Positions 1-10,759 are shown, counted from the first letter of the stretch. The stretch is DNA of 64,000 bases from Obrimoposthia wandeli (GCA_977020255.1 CDROCS010000253.1:558001-622000), one strand, 5' to 3'. The notes: generated from the sequence alone by a model not told the origin. Program-made: numbers and translations.

Positions 1-121
1 GAATAGCGGTAGCCGCCAAAAAACCTAAAATTACGACAACTATTACCAGCTCAATTAAGGTAAAACCCCTCTGGTCATTACTGTTGCGAACAGTGTTGCT
101 GTGCATATTGCTTTGGATCAT
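1..121 (-). CDS. mshB: Type IV prepilin, 5' part only (first pilin of the MSHA structural operon, MshB by position)
   Basis: Not in the ORF track. Manual translation from ATG 121 (or 106): MIQSNMHSNTVRNSNDQRG|FTLIELVIVVVILGFLAATAI, a class III signal/N-methyl-Phe motif. Lies directly after mshF; runs off the window edge. The symbol comes from synteny only. Confidence 0.8.
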   Translation of the reverse strand, partial: MIQSNMHSNTVRNSNDQRGFTLIELVIVVVILGFLAATAI

Positions 122-219
122 TGAGATAACCTTGTTATATGAAACTACACTTTAACTTAATAATGCTACGTGTTAGTTCTAAATGTAAACCTTTAACTGG
201 CCTAGCCGTGAATATTAAC

Positions 220-248
220 ATTATGATTCAGGGCTATCCATATTTCAA
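220..248 (-). promoter_or_regulatory. Putative sigma70 promoter for the pilin operon
   Basis: Minus strand reads TTGAAA-17 nt-CATAAT about 100 nt upstream of the pilin start, in the mshF-mshB gap. Confidence 0.55.
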
Positions 249-329
249 CGTAGAATAAATTTAATTACTTGTATTAGCATAATAAATTATTATTTACACT
301 AAAGAAAACCTTACTCTACCCGACGTAAA

Positions 330-821
330 TTAATTAACTTGTTTTACTTTACCTGTGTCACTACGATAATCAAAATATTGCCCATTAGCAAGGCTATAAC
401 GACATAAACGACCGTTTTTAATAGCATTATTCTGAATTTCAATTGCTATTACTCTTGATTTTACCACCTGTAGTGGCATGGCTAATGTTTGTTGCCAAAT
501 TTGATGGCAAGCCAAACTGGCATGCTCATTATCAACCCAACCCATATTGTTCACATGAATAAATTCTTTTACATCACTATTTAATCGATTTAACACTACG
601 GTATTCGGCTGTTTGTCCATAAGCCATTGCCCGTGTATTACGTTAACTTTACTGGTAAAGCTTTGTGCTAAGCCTACAAAGGCGGTATTCGTTATTTTTT
701 CTTGCTGGCTAAAAAAAACATCGACTAACAGCTTCATCATTATAGCAACTATTACCACAACGATTAAAAATTCAATAATTGAACGTTGCTTTTTCTCAGC
801 GTACTTACGTGCTTTTTCCAT
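330..821 (-). CDS. mshF: MSHA biogenesis protein MshF (pilin-like)
   Basis: Degenerate pilin-like N-terminus (QRSIIEFLIVVVIVAIMM) and a C-terminal Cys pair; located between mshG and the pilin. Start moved from 863 to ATG 821 to avoid overlapping mshG. Confidence 0.7.
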   Translation of the reverse strand: MEKARKYAEKKQRSIIEFLIVVVIVAIMMKLLVDVFFSQQEKITNTAFVGLAQSFTSKVNVIHGQWLMDKQPNTVVLNRLNSDVKEFIHVNNMGWVDNEHASLACHQIWQQTLAMPLQVVKSRVIAIEIQNNAIKNGRLCRYSLANGQYFDYRSDTGKVKQVN

Positions 822-832
822 GAGTTTTGCTA

Positions 833-2059
833 TTAACCTTGCATAGCCGAGGCCATATCCCACATAGGAGTAAATATACCTAATGCTAACACGAGTACCA
901 TAACAGCAACGACGACTAAGAGCAGCGGCTCAATTCTTGCGGTTAGTGTTGCCAAATCATAATCAACTTCTCGCTCGTAATAATCCCCCACCTCAGTAAG
1001 CAATTCATCAACTCGGCCAGTTTCTTCGCCTACAGCCACCATCTGCAAGACTAAAGGCGTAAATAAGGCACTGGCTACAGCAGAGCGCAATAAACTTTCT
1101 CCACTTTCGATACCTTGACGCATGGCGGATATTTTTTTCTGCATGTAACTATTATCGACCGCCTCAGCCACCAAGGTTAACCCCGTAGTCATAGGTACGC
1201 CCGCTTTTAATACGATGGCAAAACTATGAGAGAAACGCGCTAATATTGAGCGTTCGATAATACTGCCAATAATAGGGATTTTTATCTTACGTCTATCCCA
1301 CTGGTATCGCCCTTTCTTTGTTTTTATAGATTGGTTGATCATAAAAAATACAAACATAACGCCAAGCAACATATAAGGCCAGTAATGTATAAACAAGTTA
1401 GAGCTCGCAATAATAAATCGCGTAGCAAATGGTAACTCAGCCCCTAAGCGAGAAAACATATCGGCAAAGGTTGGGATGACAAAGATATTTAAAATGACTA
1501 TCGCTGCAGTTATGGCAATGAGTACCATACTAGGATAACGTAATGCAGCTTTAATGCGTTTTCGGGTGTCTAATTCACGTTCAAGATAAGTAGTTAATTT
1601 TAAAAAAGCTTGATCTAATTGTCCGGTGTTTTCACCCACATGCACTAAAGAAACAAATAGATGGTCAAAAATCTTAGGGTGATTATTGAGTGCTGAAGAA
1701 AACGTATAACCTCCTTCAAGCTGCTTTCCTATATCCGTTAATGCTTTTTTCAGCGCGATTGAATTCGCCGATTCAACCATGCCATTAATTGCTCGTAATA
1801 TCGGCACACCAGAGCGCATTAAAGCATACATTTGTCGACAAAAAACGATCAGTTCTTCTAGTGAAACTCGACCATTATTGAGTAATTCAAAGACATCAAT
1901 ACTAGCAGCATTATTGCCTTTTATCGCTGCAACAATAGAGATGGGGGTAATACCCTTTTTAAATAACTTTTCCGCGGCAACATCTGCATTGGCAGCATCA
2001 ATGCTGTCTTTTACTTGGCTACCGCTGGCATTTCGCCCTGTATAATTAAATGACGCCAT
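833..2059 (-). CDS. mshG: MSHA inner-membrane platform protein (PilC/GspF family)
   Basis: Two GspF repeats (GENTGQLD, GEETGRVD) and 3 TM segments; follows mshE. Confidence 0.93.
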   Translation of the reverse strand: MASFNYTGRNASGSQVKDSIDAANADVAAEKLFKKGITPISIVAAIKGNNAASIDVFELLNNGRVSLEELIVFCRQMYALMRSGVPILRAINGMVESANSIALKKALTDIGKQLEGGYTFSSALNNHPKIFDHLFVSLVHVGENTGQLDQAFLKLTTYLERELDTRKRIKAALRYPSMVLIAITAAIVILNIFVIPTFADMFSRLGAELPFATRFIIASSNLFIHYWPYMLLGVMFVFFMINQSIKTKKGRYQWDRRKIKIPIIGSIIERSILARFSHSFAIVLKAGVPMTTGLTLVAEAVDNSYMQKKISAMRQGIESGESLLRSAVASALFTPLVLQMVAVGEETGRVDELLTEVGDYYEREVDYDLATLTARIEPLLLVVVAVMVLVLALGIFTPMWDMASAMQG

Positions 2060-2112
2060 AAAACTCTCTATGTTGTAACATACGTTACTTGCTTAAATTT
2101 TTATTAAGCTGA

Positions 2113-3825
2113 CTAATTAATATCAATTGTTTCAACTAGGCGCAATACTTCTTCTACCGTTGTAACGCCTGTTGCGGCATAATCAAAAGCCGCTTTCGCT
2201 AATGGCGTGAAACTAGGGTTTTCTTTCGCTAATTTAGCAAATAATTCACTGTCATTACGCTTTAGAGCAGCCATCATGCCTTCATTCATTTCAAGTAGTT
2301 CAAAAACACCAACTCGGCCTTTATAGCCAGTATATTGACAGGTTTGACAACCTTTACCTTGCATAAACTGAGTGTTTCTCGCCCGTTCACCAGCTAAGTT
2401 TGTTAACCAAAATAATTCTTGCTCATCTGCTTGATATTCAATGGCACATGAATCACAAACTCGACGGACAAGTCGTTGAGCTATAACTGCACGTAATGCG
2501 CTACCGACTAAAAATCCAGCAGCTCCCATATCAATTAAACGTAAGGCACTCGTTATTGCATCATTGGTATGTAATGTTGATAAGACTAAGTGACCGGTTA
2601 TCGCGCCCCGCAAGCCTATTTCTACCGTTTCCTGATCACGCATCTCACCAACCATCATAATGTCGGGATCTTGGCGAAGCGCGGTACGTAAGATACTTGA
2701 AAAAGTTAAATTTATCTTAGTGTTAATTTGTACCTGGTTAATGCGGGGTAAGCGATACTCAACGGGATCTTCCACCGTGATAATTTTTTTACTGGCTTCG
2801 TTTAATTCACTCAAAGCGCCATATAATGTCGTTGTTTTACCGCTACCTGTAGGGCCTGTCACTAAAACCATGCCATGAGGGCGATGAATTTGTAAGCGCA
2901 CACGTTTGACAATATCTGCCGGCATGCCCGTTTGCTCAAGTGATAATAAACCTGCAGATTGGTCTAATAAACGCATTACCACTGATTCACCGTATTGAAC
3001 AGGCATCGTAGACATACGAACATCAATGTTATGGCCACTAATATCTAAATTGAAACGGCCATCTTGTGGGATACGTTTTTCTGATATATCAAGCCCAGCC
3101 ATTAACTTAAGACGCAACACCATAGCAGAAGCTATTTTATTTTCTTTGAGGATTTTTTCTTGTAAGACACCATCAATACGCTGACGAATTCGTAATTGAT
3201 GTTCTTCTGGTTCAATATGAATATCTGAAGCGCGCATTTGCACCGCATCTTCAAACACTGACTGCAGTAACTTACCTACGGTAGCATCGCCACCTTCATC
3301 AAGAAAGGTCGTTGCAAGGTCAAAACTAGAAGATTCTTCATATTCTTCTTCCAATTGGCTAGCAAAAGATTCAATTTCAGCCGTACGACGGTATAAGTTA
3401 TCGAAGGCATCAAAAATCTGAGACTCCATCACTACCGCAAGCTCAATACGCTTAGGCGACAACATACGCTCTAACTGATCTAAGCCACTTAAATCAGCAG
3501 GATCACTCATCCCTAGTAACACTGAAGCGCCTCTGTCTTCAATAATTAAGGCTCTTAAGCGTCTAGCATGAACTTCAGGTAGTAAACTGGCAACATTGGG
3601 TGATATTTTATGTTGCGATATATCCATAAATGGCACATGTAATTGCTGTGCCAAAAACTGTAATAATTGTCTTTCTGATAAATAATTGAGCTCAATTAAG
3701 GTGTCACCGAGTTTACGACCCGTTTGTTTTTGACTTGATAACGCCTGCATGAGTTGATCATTAGAAATGATATTTTTATCAACTAGTAAGTCACCTAAAC
3801 GCATCTTTAATTTGGGAGCTGCCAT
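2113..3825 (-). CDS. mshE: MSHA assembly ATPase with N-terminal MshEN domain
   Basis: RLGDLLV N-terminus, Walker A GPTGSGKTT, TVEDPVEY, LRQDPD, STLHTND, tetra-Cys motif. Confidence 0.96.
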   Translation of the reverse strand: MAAPKLKMRLGDLLVDKNIISNDQLMQALSSQKQTGRKLGDTLIELNYLSERQLLQFLAQQLHVPFMDISQHKISPNVASLLPEVHARRLRALIIEDRGASVLLGMSDPADLSGLDQLERMLSPKRIELAVVMESQIFDAFDNLYRRTAEIESFASQLEEEYEESSSFDLATTFLDEGGDATVGKLLQSVFEDAVQMRASDIHIEPEEHQLRIRQRIDGVLQEKILKENKIASAMVLRLKLMAGLDISEKRIPQDGRFNLDISGHNIDVRMSTMPVQYGESVVMRLLDQSAGLLSLEQTGMPADIVKRVRLQIHRPHGMVLVTGPTGSGKTTTLYGALSELNEASKKIITVEDPVEYRLPRINQVQINTKINLTFSSILRTALRQDPDIMMVGEMRDQETVEIGLRGAITGHLVLSTLHTNDAITSALRLIDMGAAGFLVGSALRAVIAQRLVRRVCDSCAIEYQADEQELFWLTNLAGERARNTQFMQGKGCQTCQYTGYKGRVGVFELLEMNEGMMAALKRNDSELFAKLAKENPSFTPLAKAAFDYAATGVTTVEEVLRLVETIDIN

Positions 3826-3833
3826 AATCTGTC

Positions 3834-5093
3834 CTACTGTCCTATTACTTGTATGCGTTGCTTAACAAAATTTTCTGAAGAAACGGATAAATCATTTTTT
3901 GTTAGTGCTTTTTTATAAGCCACAATAGCCAAATCAAATTGACTGCTTTTATCGTACAAAACGGCTAAACCTAGCTGCCAACGGCCTATATCAGGTTTCA
4001 TCGCTATTAACATTTTATACGCATCAACGGCCACTTTATTTTGTTGCGCTTGTTGTGCGGTATTTGCCAGCATAACTTGATATTGCTCATCTTTTAACTG
4101 AGCAAGAGGTTTTAAAGTATTCAGCGCCGCCGTAAATTGCCCTTGCTTTAAATGAATGCGTGCTTTCATTTGACGTAAGCTGCTGTCTTTACCATTTAAG
4201 GCAATGCCTTGTGATAATAAATTCACCGCATCTTGATAAGCTTGGCGGCCAAACCATAAAGCAGCCAGTTTTTTACGCGTTTGGCTATCGCTGGGTCTGA
4301 TGATTACCACATCTTCCAGTAATTTTTCAGCCCTCTCGACTTGCTTTGCTGCCAAGGCTTTTTCAGCGAGTGTTAATTTTTGCTCAGCCAGTTCATCCGC
4401 GGACAATTGACGTCGTGACACCGACATTTTATTTACTTTGGGCTGAGATATGGGTGTAGATTTGGGTTTTACCTCATTAGCCACAGTATGACTATGACTC
4501 AAGATATCCCCCGAATGACTATGAGTATCAACGATAAATTTAGCTTTTTTTGCTGGGTTTACTTGGCTAGCGTTATTATTTACCAAAGGTTTTTCCGCTA
4601 TTACTTGTGTAGTTGTCGCCGCACGCTCATTTAATAAGACCTTACCTAAGTTATTTGACTCGGTGCTTTGGCGATTTACTACTACGCTTTTTTGTTGATT
4701 CTCTTGTTCAGGATCTGGCTTGTTTTCTTGTTCATGCTCGGATTTAATGACTGCTATGCTTTTTGAAACTTTGTCAGTGTTATTTTCGTTGCTGCTTATT
4801 TTTTTGGTAATATTCACTTGGTTATTTATAGCTTCAGGTACATTTCTTACTGAACTCATTTCGTTATCACTAGCACTGAGAGTTATTTGCTCAGCTTTTA
4901 AAGCGTTATTTTCACTAATTAATTGCCAAATATAAAAGCTAATCAAACAAAAAGCTAAGACAAAAATACCAGTAACTACCGAGATTTTTCTTGGTGAATG
5001 CGCTACGGCAACATTGCCTGACTGCGTAGAATGGCTATTAGACTCAGGATTACGTTGTTCTAAATCCTTCAGCATCTGATTAATTACGCTCAT
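3834..5093 (-). CDS. mshN: MSHA biogenesis protein MshN (TM anchor, linker, TPR-like repeats)
   Basis: MSVINQMLKDLEQR start typical of MshN, one TM helix, C-terminal TPR-like helices; lies between mshM and mshE. Confidence 0.88.
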   Translation of the reverse strand: MSVINQMLKDLEQRNPESNSHSTQSGNVAVAHSPRKISVVTGIFVLAFCLISFYIWQLISENNALKAEQITLSASDNEMSSVRNVPEAINNQVNITKKISSNENNTDKVSKSIAVIKSEHEQENKPDPEQENQQKSVVVNRQSTESNNLGKVLLNERAATTTQVIAEKPLVNNNASQVNPAKKAKFIVDTHSHSGDILSHSHTVANEVKPKSTPISQPKVNKMSVSRRQLSADELAEQKLTLAEKALAAKQVERAEKLLEDVVIIRPSDSQTRKKLAALWFGRQAYQDAVNLLSQGIALNGKDSSLRQMKARIHLKQGQFTAALNTLKPLAQLKDEQYQVMLANTAQQAQQNKVAVDAYKMLIAMKPDIGRWQLGLAVLYDKSSQFDLAIVAYKKALTKNDLSVSSENFVKQRIQVIGQ

Positions 5094-5992
5094 ATTTTAA
5101 CCACCCAAGTATAATAAGCCAATAACAATACACTTAATATGCCTAAAAATGAAAAAACCAATACGTTGCTTCTCGAATATTTCTCAATACTTTCAGTATC
5201 CTTTACCGCAGCGTTCAATAACTTGACCGTCATTTTGTAATGTCCTTGACCATAAGCAAGCATTAGCATTTTGTGGCACAAAATATTAACTAATCGTGGC
5301 ACACCTTGGCTAACACGAGCAATATTTTGGCATATGCTTTTCGGAAAAAGTTCTGCTCCTTTATACCCTGCCACGTGTAATCTATGCTGAATATATTGCT
5401 GTACTTCATGCGCATTCATCGCTCTTAATTTATAGGCAAAGGTAATACGCTGTCTTAATTGTCTAAATTCTGTTTTTGCCAAACGCTCGTCAAGCTCTGG
5501 CTGTGCAAACAAAACCACTTGTAATAACTTACGTGTTTCTGTCTCTAAATTAGTAAATAATCTTAATGCTTCTAAGCTATCTTCAGGTAATGCTTGCGCT
5601 TCATCCAGTATCAGTACGACTGAATGTCCATGACTATGCAACTCTAACAAACGTGTTTGAATACACTGAGTCAACAATTGCACTGACATGTGTTGCGCAT
5701 GTTTAACACCCAGTTCTTCGGCAACAGTTCGTCTTAATTCATCAGGATTTAGGTAAGGATTAGGAATGTACGCCGTAACAAAGTGTTCCGGTATTTCATT
5801 AAGCAGCTTTCGACACAGTAAAGTTTTACCCGTACCTACTTCGCCAACAACTTTAATGAAGCCTTCTCCCGTTTGCAGTGCTGTTGACAGCACGGCAAAC
5901 GCTTCATCATGCATTACCATTGGCAAATAAAAATTTGTATTAGGAGTTAAGGTAAAAGGCAACTCTCCTAAGCCAAAATAATATAAGTACAT
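5090..5992 (-). CDS. mshM: MSHA biogenesis ExeA-like AAA ATPase
   Basis: MYLYYFGL..PF..TP start, Walker A GEVGTGKT, Walker B LILDEAQ, QLRQRI, GVPRLVN, C-terminal TM. Confidence 0.92.
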   Translation of the reverse strand: MYLYYFGLGELPFTLTPNTNFYLPMVMHDEAFAVLSTALQTGEGFIKVVGEVGTGKTLLCRKLLNEIPEHFVTAYIPNPYLNPDELRRTVAEELGVKHAQHMSVQLLTQCIQTRLLELHSHGHSVVLILDEAQALPEDSLEALRLFTNLETETRKLLQVVLFAQPELDERLAKTEFRQLRQRITFAYKLRAMNAHEVQQYIQHRLHVAGYKGAELFPKSICQNIARVSQGVPRLVNILCHKMLMLAYGQGHYKMTVKLLNAAVKDTESIEKYSRSNVLVFSFLGILSVLLLAYYTWVVKI

Positions 5993-6068
5993 AGAAACTC
6001 TACTCAGTGAACTAATTAAGCTAAATCAAACAAAAACTGTACGCTTATTTGTCATTTTCAGCTGTATT

Positions 6069-7880
6069 TTATTCTGCCGCTTGGCAAACATTATGCTCTT
6101 TTGCATATTCTGCATCAGCGCATTGCGCTTGGCATTCTTGTGTTAACTTACCCTCATCAGATAACTCACACGCCTCGATTTCTTCTGGAAACCACTTTGT
6201 TAATAAGCTGCGTGCATCTTGTAATTGGTTTTTCCAAGTATCTTGGCCCACTACAATAGGTTTTAGCATGATAACTAATTCGCGTTTTTGCGACTTTTGC
6301 GACTTATTCTTAAATAACTCACCAAGAAAAGGGATATCACCTAATATCGGTGTTTTAGATTCTATATCAATGTTATAGGTTTCAATTAAACCACCAATGA
6401 CCACTACCTCACCTGAGTTAGCACGGATAATGGTATCTGATTCTCTCACGCTACTCTGTGCTAGTGGTAATATCAGTTGTTCGCTACCAATTTGAATCGT
6501 TTTGTTTTGCTCTTCAGTAATAGTCACTGAAGGGTGAACATGTAAAATAACACTACCGTCTTTACTAATTTGTGGTGTCACATCTAACGCGATGCCAGAG
6601 AAAAACGGGGTTAATTCAACTTCTGGTGTAGTAGTCGTTGAAGTCCCGGTAGTAGTGGTACTGGAAACCTCAGTAACAAAATACTCATCCTCACCTACTT
6701 TGATCACCGCTTTTTGATTATTCGTGGCGGTAATCCGTGGACTTGAAAGTACTTGAACATTACCTTGGGTTTGTAACAGCTCAATAACACCTGAAAAGTC
6801 ACTACCACTGGTTTGTTTACTAAACGCCATGCTATTAACACCACCGATAGTATTGGAAATAACATTGCCTACAACATTACCTGTGGTTGAGTAAACAATG
6901 TCAGCACTACCGACTTGATCAAGTACTTTGTTCCACTTAATACCTTGCTGAAAGTCATCATTAAGCGTCACTTCCATAATCTTCGCTTCAATAATCACTT
7001 GGCGATGTAAATGGCTTTCAGTCGCAGTTATAAACTTCTTAACTGCGGTAAGTTCTTGTGGTAATGCACGCACTGTCACCAAACCTGCTTGTGGTGAAAC
7101 AATAACTGAACGACCTTCCCCTGTACCAACAAAAGCGGTTAATGACTCTTTCAATTCATCCCAAAAATTAGATTCATTTTCAGTATATAAGTTGATGCCA
7201 CTATTTTGGTTGCTCGAACCACCATTACCATTTTGGTTGTTATTCCCACCACCATTACTATTACCATTATTGTTACTATTGTTATTGCCGTTACTGCTAT
7301 TGCTGCTGTTAGGATCGTTTTCAGAGACGCCACCAGAATTGATGGTAGTACTAGATGAACCAAAGCGTTTAAGGAATAAGTAATTTAACGCGATAGTTTC
7401 AGTGCGTATGCCGGGGGCGAAAACTTTTATTATGTTGCCACGGCGAATGATTTCATAACCGTATACATCTTCAACAACGATTAAGGCCTCTGACAACGTA
7501 ACATTATTTAAACTTAACGATATTTGTCCGCTTACATCCGGGTGAATAACTACGTTATAACGTGAGCCTCTTACTATCGCTTGAAAAAAGTCTTTTGCAT
7601 CTACTTCTGTCGCTGAAATCTCCAAGCGTTTTTCAGCTAACATGCCTTGTTTTGCTTGACTCATACCATTTAACATCAGCTCTTGTTGTACTGAAGTTGG
7701 CACTTGCGTTAACGGTTTAGGTCCATTAAGTTTTTGTGTTTCTTTAATGGCTGCATCCAAGTCTTCTTTTATTTCGACGGGATGATTAGGCACTGATTGG
7801 CAACCGACTAAGGCAAAGAATAGCGTTGATAAGGCAATGTTTAATTTTAGTTTTTTCATAGGGGGACTTATTTTTATCAT
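6069..7880 (-). CDS. mshL: MSHA secretin (lipoprotein)
   Basis: Lipobox LVGC, secretin core (VLSSPRITATNNQKA, PFFSGIALDVTPQI, IPFLGELF) and an Asn/Ser/Gly-rich linker. TAATG-coupled to mshK. Confidence 0.94.
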   Translation of the reverse strand: MIKISPPMKKLKLNIALSTLFFALVGCQSVPNHPVEIKEDLDAAIKETQKLNGPKPLTQVPTSVQQELMLNGMSQAKQGMLAEKRLEISATEVDAKDFFQAIVRGSRYNVVIHPDVSGQISLSLNNVTLSEALIVVEDVYGYEIIRRGNIIKVFAPGIRTETIALNYLFLKRFGSSSTTINSGGVSENDPNSSNSSNGNNNSNNNGNSNGGGNNNQNGNGGSSNQNSGINLYTENESNFWDELKESLTAFVGTGEGRSVIVSPQAGLVTVRALPQELTAVKKFITATESHLHRQVIIEAKIMEVTLNDDFQQGIKWNKVLDQVGSADIVYSTTGNVVGNVISNTIGGVNSMAFSKQTSGSDFSGVIELLQTQGNVQVLSSPRITATNNQKAVIKVGEDEYFVTEVSSTTTTGTSTTTTPEVELTPFFSGIALDVTPQISKDGSVILHVHPSVTITEEQNKTIQIGSEQLILPLAQSSVRESDTIIRANSGEVVVIGGLIETYNIDIESKTPILGDIPFLGELFKNKSQKSQKRELVIMLKPIVVGQDTWKNQLQDARSLLTKWFPEEIEACELSDEGKLTQECQAQCADAEYAKEHNVCQAAE

Positions 7881-8254
7881 TAGTTAGCTACCGTATTTTC
7901 TACGACGTTACTTTTAAAACCTTTACTTTTAAAAACTTTAATTTTTAATCGTTTAGATTTACTACGTAAGATCACGCTATGACTGTTAATTGCGGTGATG
8001 TGATACTCACCAACATAGTCAAACATTTTGTATATTTTGCCATTAATAACCGCAGTATGAATGCCATCACCATGAATGATTGAACTCAATACAAAGCCAC
8101 CATCACGTTTTATTTGGTTATTACTACCTGAGCCACTAACACCAAAAGGCTTAGTAGGGTCAACATCTGCAGCAAAGCTTACCGATGAAGCCAATACTAT
8201 CACCACAGCAACTAAGCTTGTGGTTAACAATGAATTAAAATGAGCTTTAAACAC
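7880..8254 (-). CDS. mshK: MSHA biogenesis protein MshK
   Basis: Signal peptide, DPTKP motif, AVING..Y..GE motif; position between mshJ and mshL. Confidence 0.8.
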   Translation of the reverse strand: MFKAHFNSLLTTSLVAVVIVLASSVSFAADVDPTKPFGVSGSGSNNQIKRDGGFVLSSIIHGDGIHTAVINGKIYKMFDYVGEYHITAINSHSVILRSKSKRLKIKVFKSKGFKSNVVENTVAN

Positions 8255-8939
8255 CGATAAACTCCTTCTTCAATCCTAAGCTATAGATAGTTATGTCTAT
8301 TTCACTACGTGGATACTCTTTGACTTCGAATTGAAAATCTTGCCAAAAAAACTTCCACGTTAACTGTTCAAGTTGGCGCAAGTAATTACGTAATTGAAAG
8401 TATTTACCCGACAATTTTATCTTAATACCATGCTTATATAAATTTAAACCACGTTGCTCGGCTGTTGCTGAATGCTGGTCCACTTCATCGTTCGACTGAT
8501 CGACGCTTAGATTTAATAAAGGTTTAGCTCCTATCAATTCAAAGGAAAGTAACGACACACCGGGTTCTAATTTAAGTAGTTTAAGTAAGGCTTCACGCAT
8601 CTCACTAGGGCTAATAAGATCAGTTGTTAGCAGCACTAATTGGTTGTCAATCTTGGCTAACTTAGTTTCAAGTTGAGCAATTTGTTTAACAATATCGACA
8701 TTAGGGTCTTGCTGCAACGCTGTTTTATATTCATTGATAGTAAAGTTAAGAGTTTGATTACTCGACGTTATTACTCGGCTTTGCTTATCAAAAGTGATTG
8801 TTTTAGCACTTTTATCATCAATAAAAAAATATGACATAATGAAAAATATTGCCACTATCCCGGTAAGCAGCAATAAAAACTGCTCTCGACTTGTCAGTTG
8901 AAGGAACTTATCACTATAGCTTTTCCATTGTTGCTTCAT
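8247..8939 (-). CDS. mshJ: MSHA biogenesis protein MshJ (PilO-like)
   Basis: LTSREQ + TM start, LYKHGIKIKLSGKYFQL..YL..LE motif; operon position. Confidence 0.88.
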   Translation of the reverse strand: MKQQWKSYSDKFLQLTSREQFLLLLTGIVAIFFIMSYFFIDDKSAKTITFDKQSRVITSSNQTLNFTINEYKTALQQDPNVDIVKQIAQLETKLAKIDNQLVLLTTDLISPSEMREALLKLLKLEPGVSLLSFELIGAKPLLNLSVDQSNDEVDQHSATAEQRGLNLYKHGIKIKLSGKYFQLRNYLRQLEQLTWKFFWQDFQFEVKEYPRSEIDITIYSLGLKKEFIGV

Positions 8940-9541
8940 TAGCCTTTACTCCCTGCCGCTACTGAGCTAACAACAAACTCGGTAATATTCTGCTCATTTT
9001 TAGCCAATTTAAACTGCACAAATGCTTTGCCTGATAATAATCGAGATTGCTTAAAACCTGCTAACCATGCGGGTACCGCTTGAGGATTTCGGGCTAATCC
9101 GGTAAAACTCATGTCTTTTGCATTAATGTTAATAGTTTGTAATCTAATATCTTTATGATGCATAGCAGATAAATCATTCATTGCCATAACAAAACCTCCG
9201 GCAAAAGTCTCATTTGAATCAGTGAGCTTATGTAATAATGCATCTTTATGCTGCATCACCAACTTTATAGTCTCGAGATTTCTTTTTAATTCTGGAGATA
9301 CTTGCCTATTTTGCAATTGTGTTTCTAATTGCTTAGCAAGCTTTTGTTTTTGCTGTTTTTCTTTTAACAAACCATCATATTTTACCGCTGATTGACTGTA
9401 ATTTAGTTCAGTAACAACAGCCCAAATCAACATAATAGCTAACAACCCCAACCAAACACCTGTGACTCTTGTCAGTGTTAACAAAGGTTTTTCAGGGAAA
9501 AGCTCAGCCTGTAATAAATTAATACTGTGTTTAGCTGTCAT
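8939..9541 (-). CDS. mshI: PilN-like MSHA alignment protein (C-terminal half of MshI as a separate gene)
   Basis: INLLQ motif, one TM helix, coiled coil, GLARNPQAVPAWL PilN-type motif; coupled to both neighbours. Confidence 0.75.
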   Translation of the reverse strand: MTAKHSINLLQAELFPEKPLLTLTRVTGVWLGLLAIMLIWAVVTELNYSQSAVKYDGLLKEKQQKQKLAKQLETQLQNRQVSPELKRNLETIKLVMQHKDALLHKLTDSNETFAGGFVMAMNDLSAMHHKDIRLQTININAKDMSFTGLARNPQAVPAWLAGFKQSRLLSGKAFVQFKLAKNEQNITEFVVSSVAAGSKG

Positions 9542-10503
9542 AATGTGCCCCCCGCTAAAACTTCTGCCTCTGTATTGAAAGGGACATTATCTAAACTAGC
9601 GCCAATAGCTGCAGCATATTCTCTATGTTGATGATACGGGCGAGGTAATTCCAGTAAAGTCACTGGTACAGCTGAATTCTCAGCTAGCTTTTCAATAAAT
9701 ACATCTTCTAATTTAATAGGGAGTAGCACTTTAATTGCTTTTATCGGGGCTTGTTTTAACTGACGTTCAAAGTAATCGGTAGAACGTTGTATTTCTAAAC
9801 TAATATCATCAATAATGGAAAAGGATAATTCTTCTGCTGTTTTACTGCCAATTTGAGCAAAACCACGTAAACGACGTTGGAAGAATATTTTTTTCTGTTT
9901 AACAATTAATAAAACAATCTCTTCATTAGGCTGTTGGCAAACCAATAAATTAGCATCATTTTGCGGCGTTAATAAATTAGCAAAAGCAAATTCTTGAGTA
10001 GTGATTGCATTTACCTTCACTGCACCTTGCTCTGTCGCTTCCATTAGCTTTTTCAGTTCATCTAATGATGCACAAACTACATTGATTTTTTCTTTACCAC
10101 CGGCAAGCAGTGGCGCATCATAATAATCTAGTACCATATTATTAGGTGAAATACTGACCAAATCTTTAATTTGCCATTTCAAAGCACTGTTCATTTCATT
10201 TTCAGGTAAACTCGGTTTGTCTATTTGTACTACTTGAGATTGCGCTTCATTCAGTACTAGGCAGGCAGTCCCTTCAAGTTCACAATTATTATGCAGTGTT
10301 TGAATGGCTCTTGAAAAATTAGCCGAGTTAGCTTTTTCATGCTCAAAGATAACTTTGGCTACTGTATTTTCATCAACCGTATTATCATTTTTTTGCTGAG
10401 GAATTGAGCACAAGGAGACACCCTGTTGCTGAAAAGCAATACCAAGACGCTGACTCGGACTGTTTTTTGAAAAAAGTTGACTGACTTTCGTTAAAAATGA
10501 CAT
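9538..10503 (-). CDS. mshI: PilM-like MSHA protein (N-terminal half of MshI)
   Basis: ALKWQIKDLV, LEIQRSTDYFERQLKQAPI motifs typical of MshI; first gene of the operon. Confidence 0.8.
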   Translation of the reverse strand: MSFLTKVSQLFSKNSPSQRLGIAFQQQGVSLCSIPQQKNDNTVDENTVAKVIFEHEKANSANFSRAIQTLHNNCELEGTACLVLNEAQSQVVQIDKPSLPENEMNSALKWQIKDLVSISPNNMVLDYYDAPLLAGGKEKINVVCASLDELKKLMEATEQGAVKVNAITTQEFAFANLLTPQNDANLLVCQQPNEEIVLLIVKQKKIFFQRRLRGFAQIGSKTAEELSFSIIDDISLEIQRSTDYFERQLKQAPIKAIKVLLPIKLEDVFIEKLAENSAVPVTLLELPRPYHQHREYAAAIGASLDNVPFNTEAEVLAGGTL

Positions 10504-10759
10504 TTATCGGCAATATCGCTTCATAGCTGAAATTAGTAGCAATACTACCCTTTGTTGTACCTGTAGAGCAAGCATTACTAATGACTATTAACTATGTTTA
10601 TTAGTCATTTATAGTACGAATAGTACTTGGAGTCATGAATACTTTTTAATTCAAAATTATTCTGTTCAAAATAATTATCAAAAGAAAATAAAGTTAAAGA
10701 ACTATAGCGTTTATAATAACTACCATCCTTGTTACTAATTAATATTTCAGTAAATAATT

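Noticed and set aside
7195-7350. Asn/Ser/Gly low-complexity tract in mshL as a repeat array
   Set aside because: It is an in-frame coding linker typical of MshL secretins, with no regular DNA unit and no spacers.
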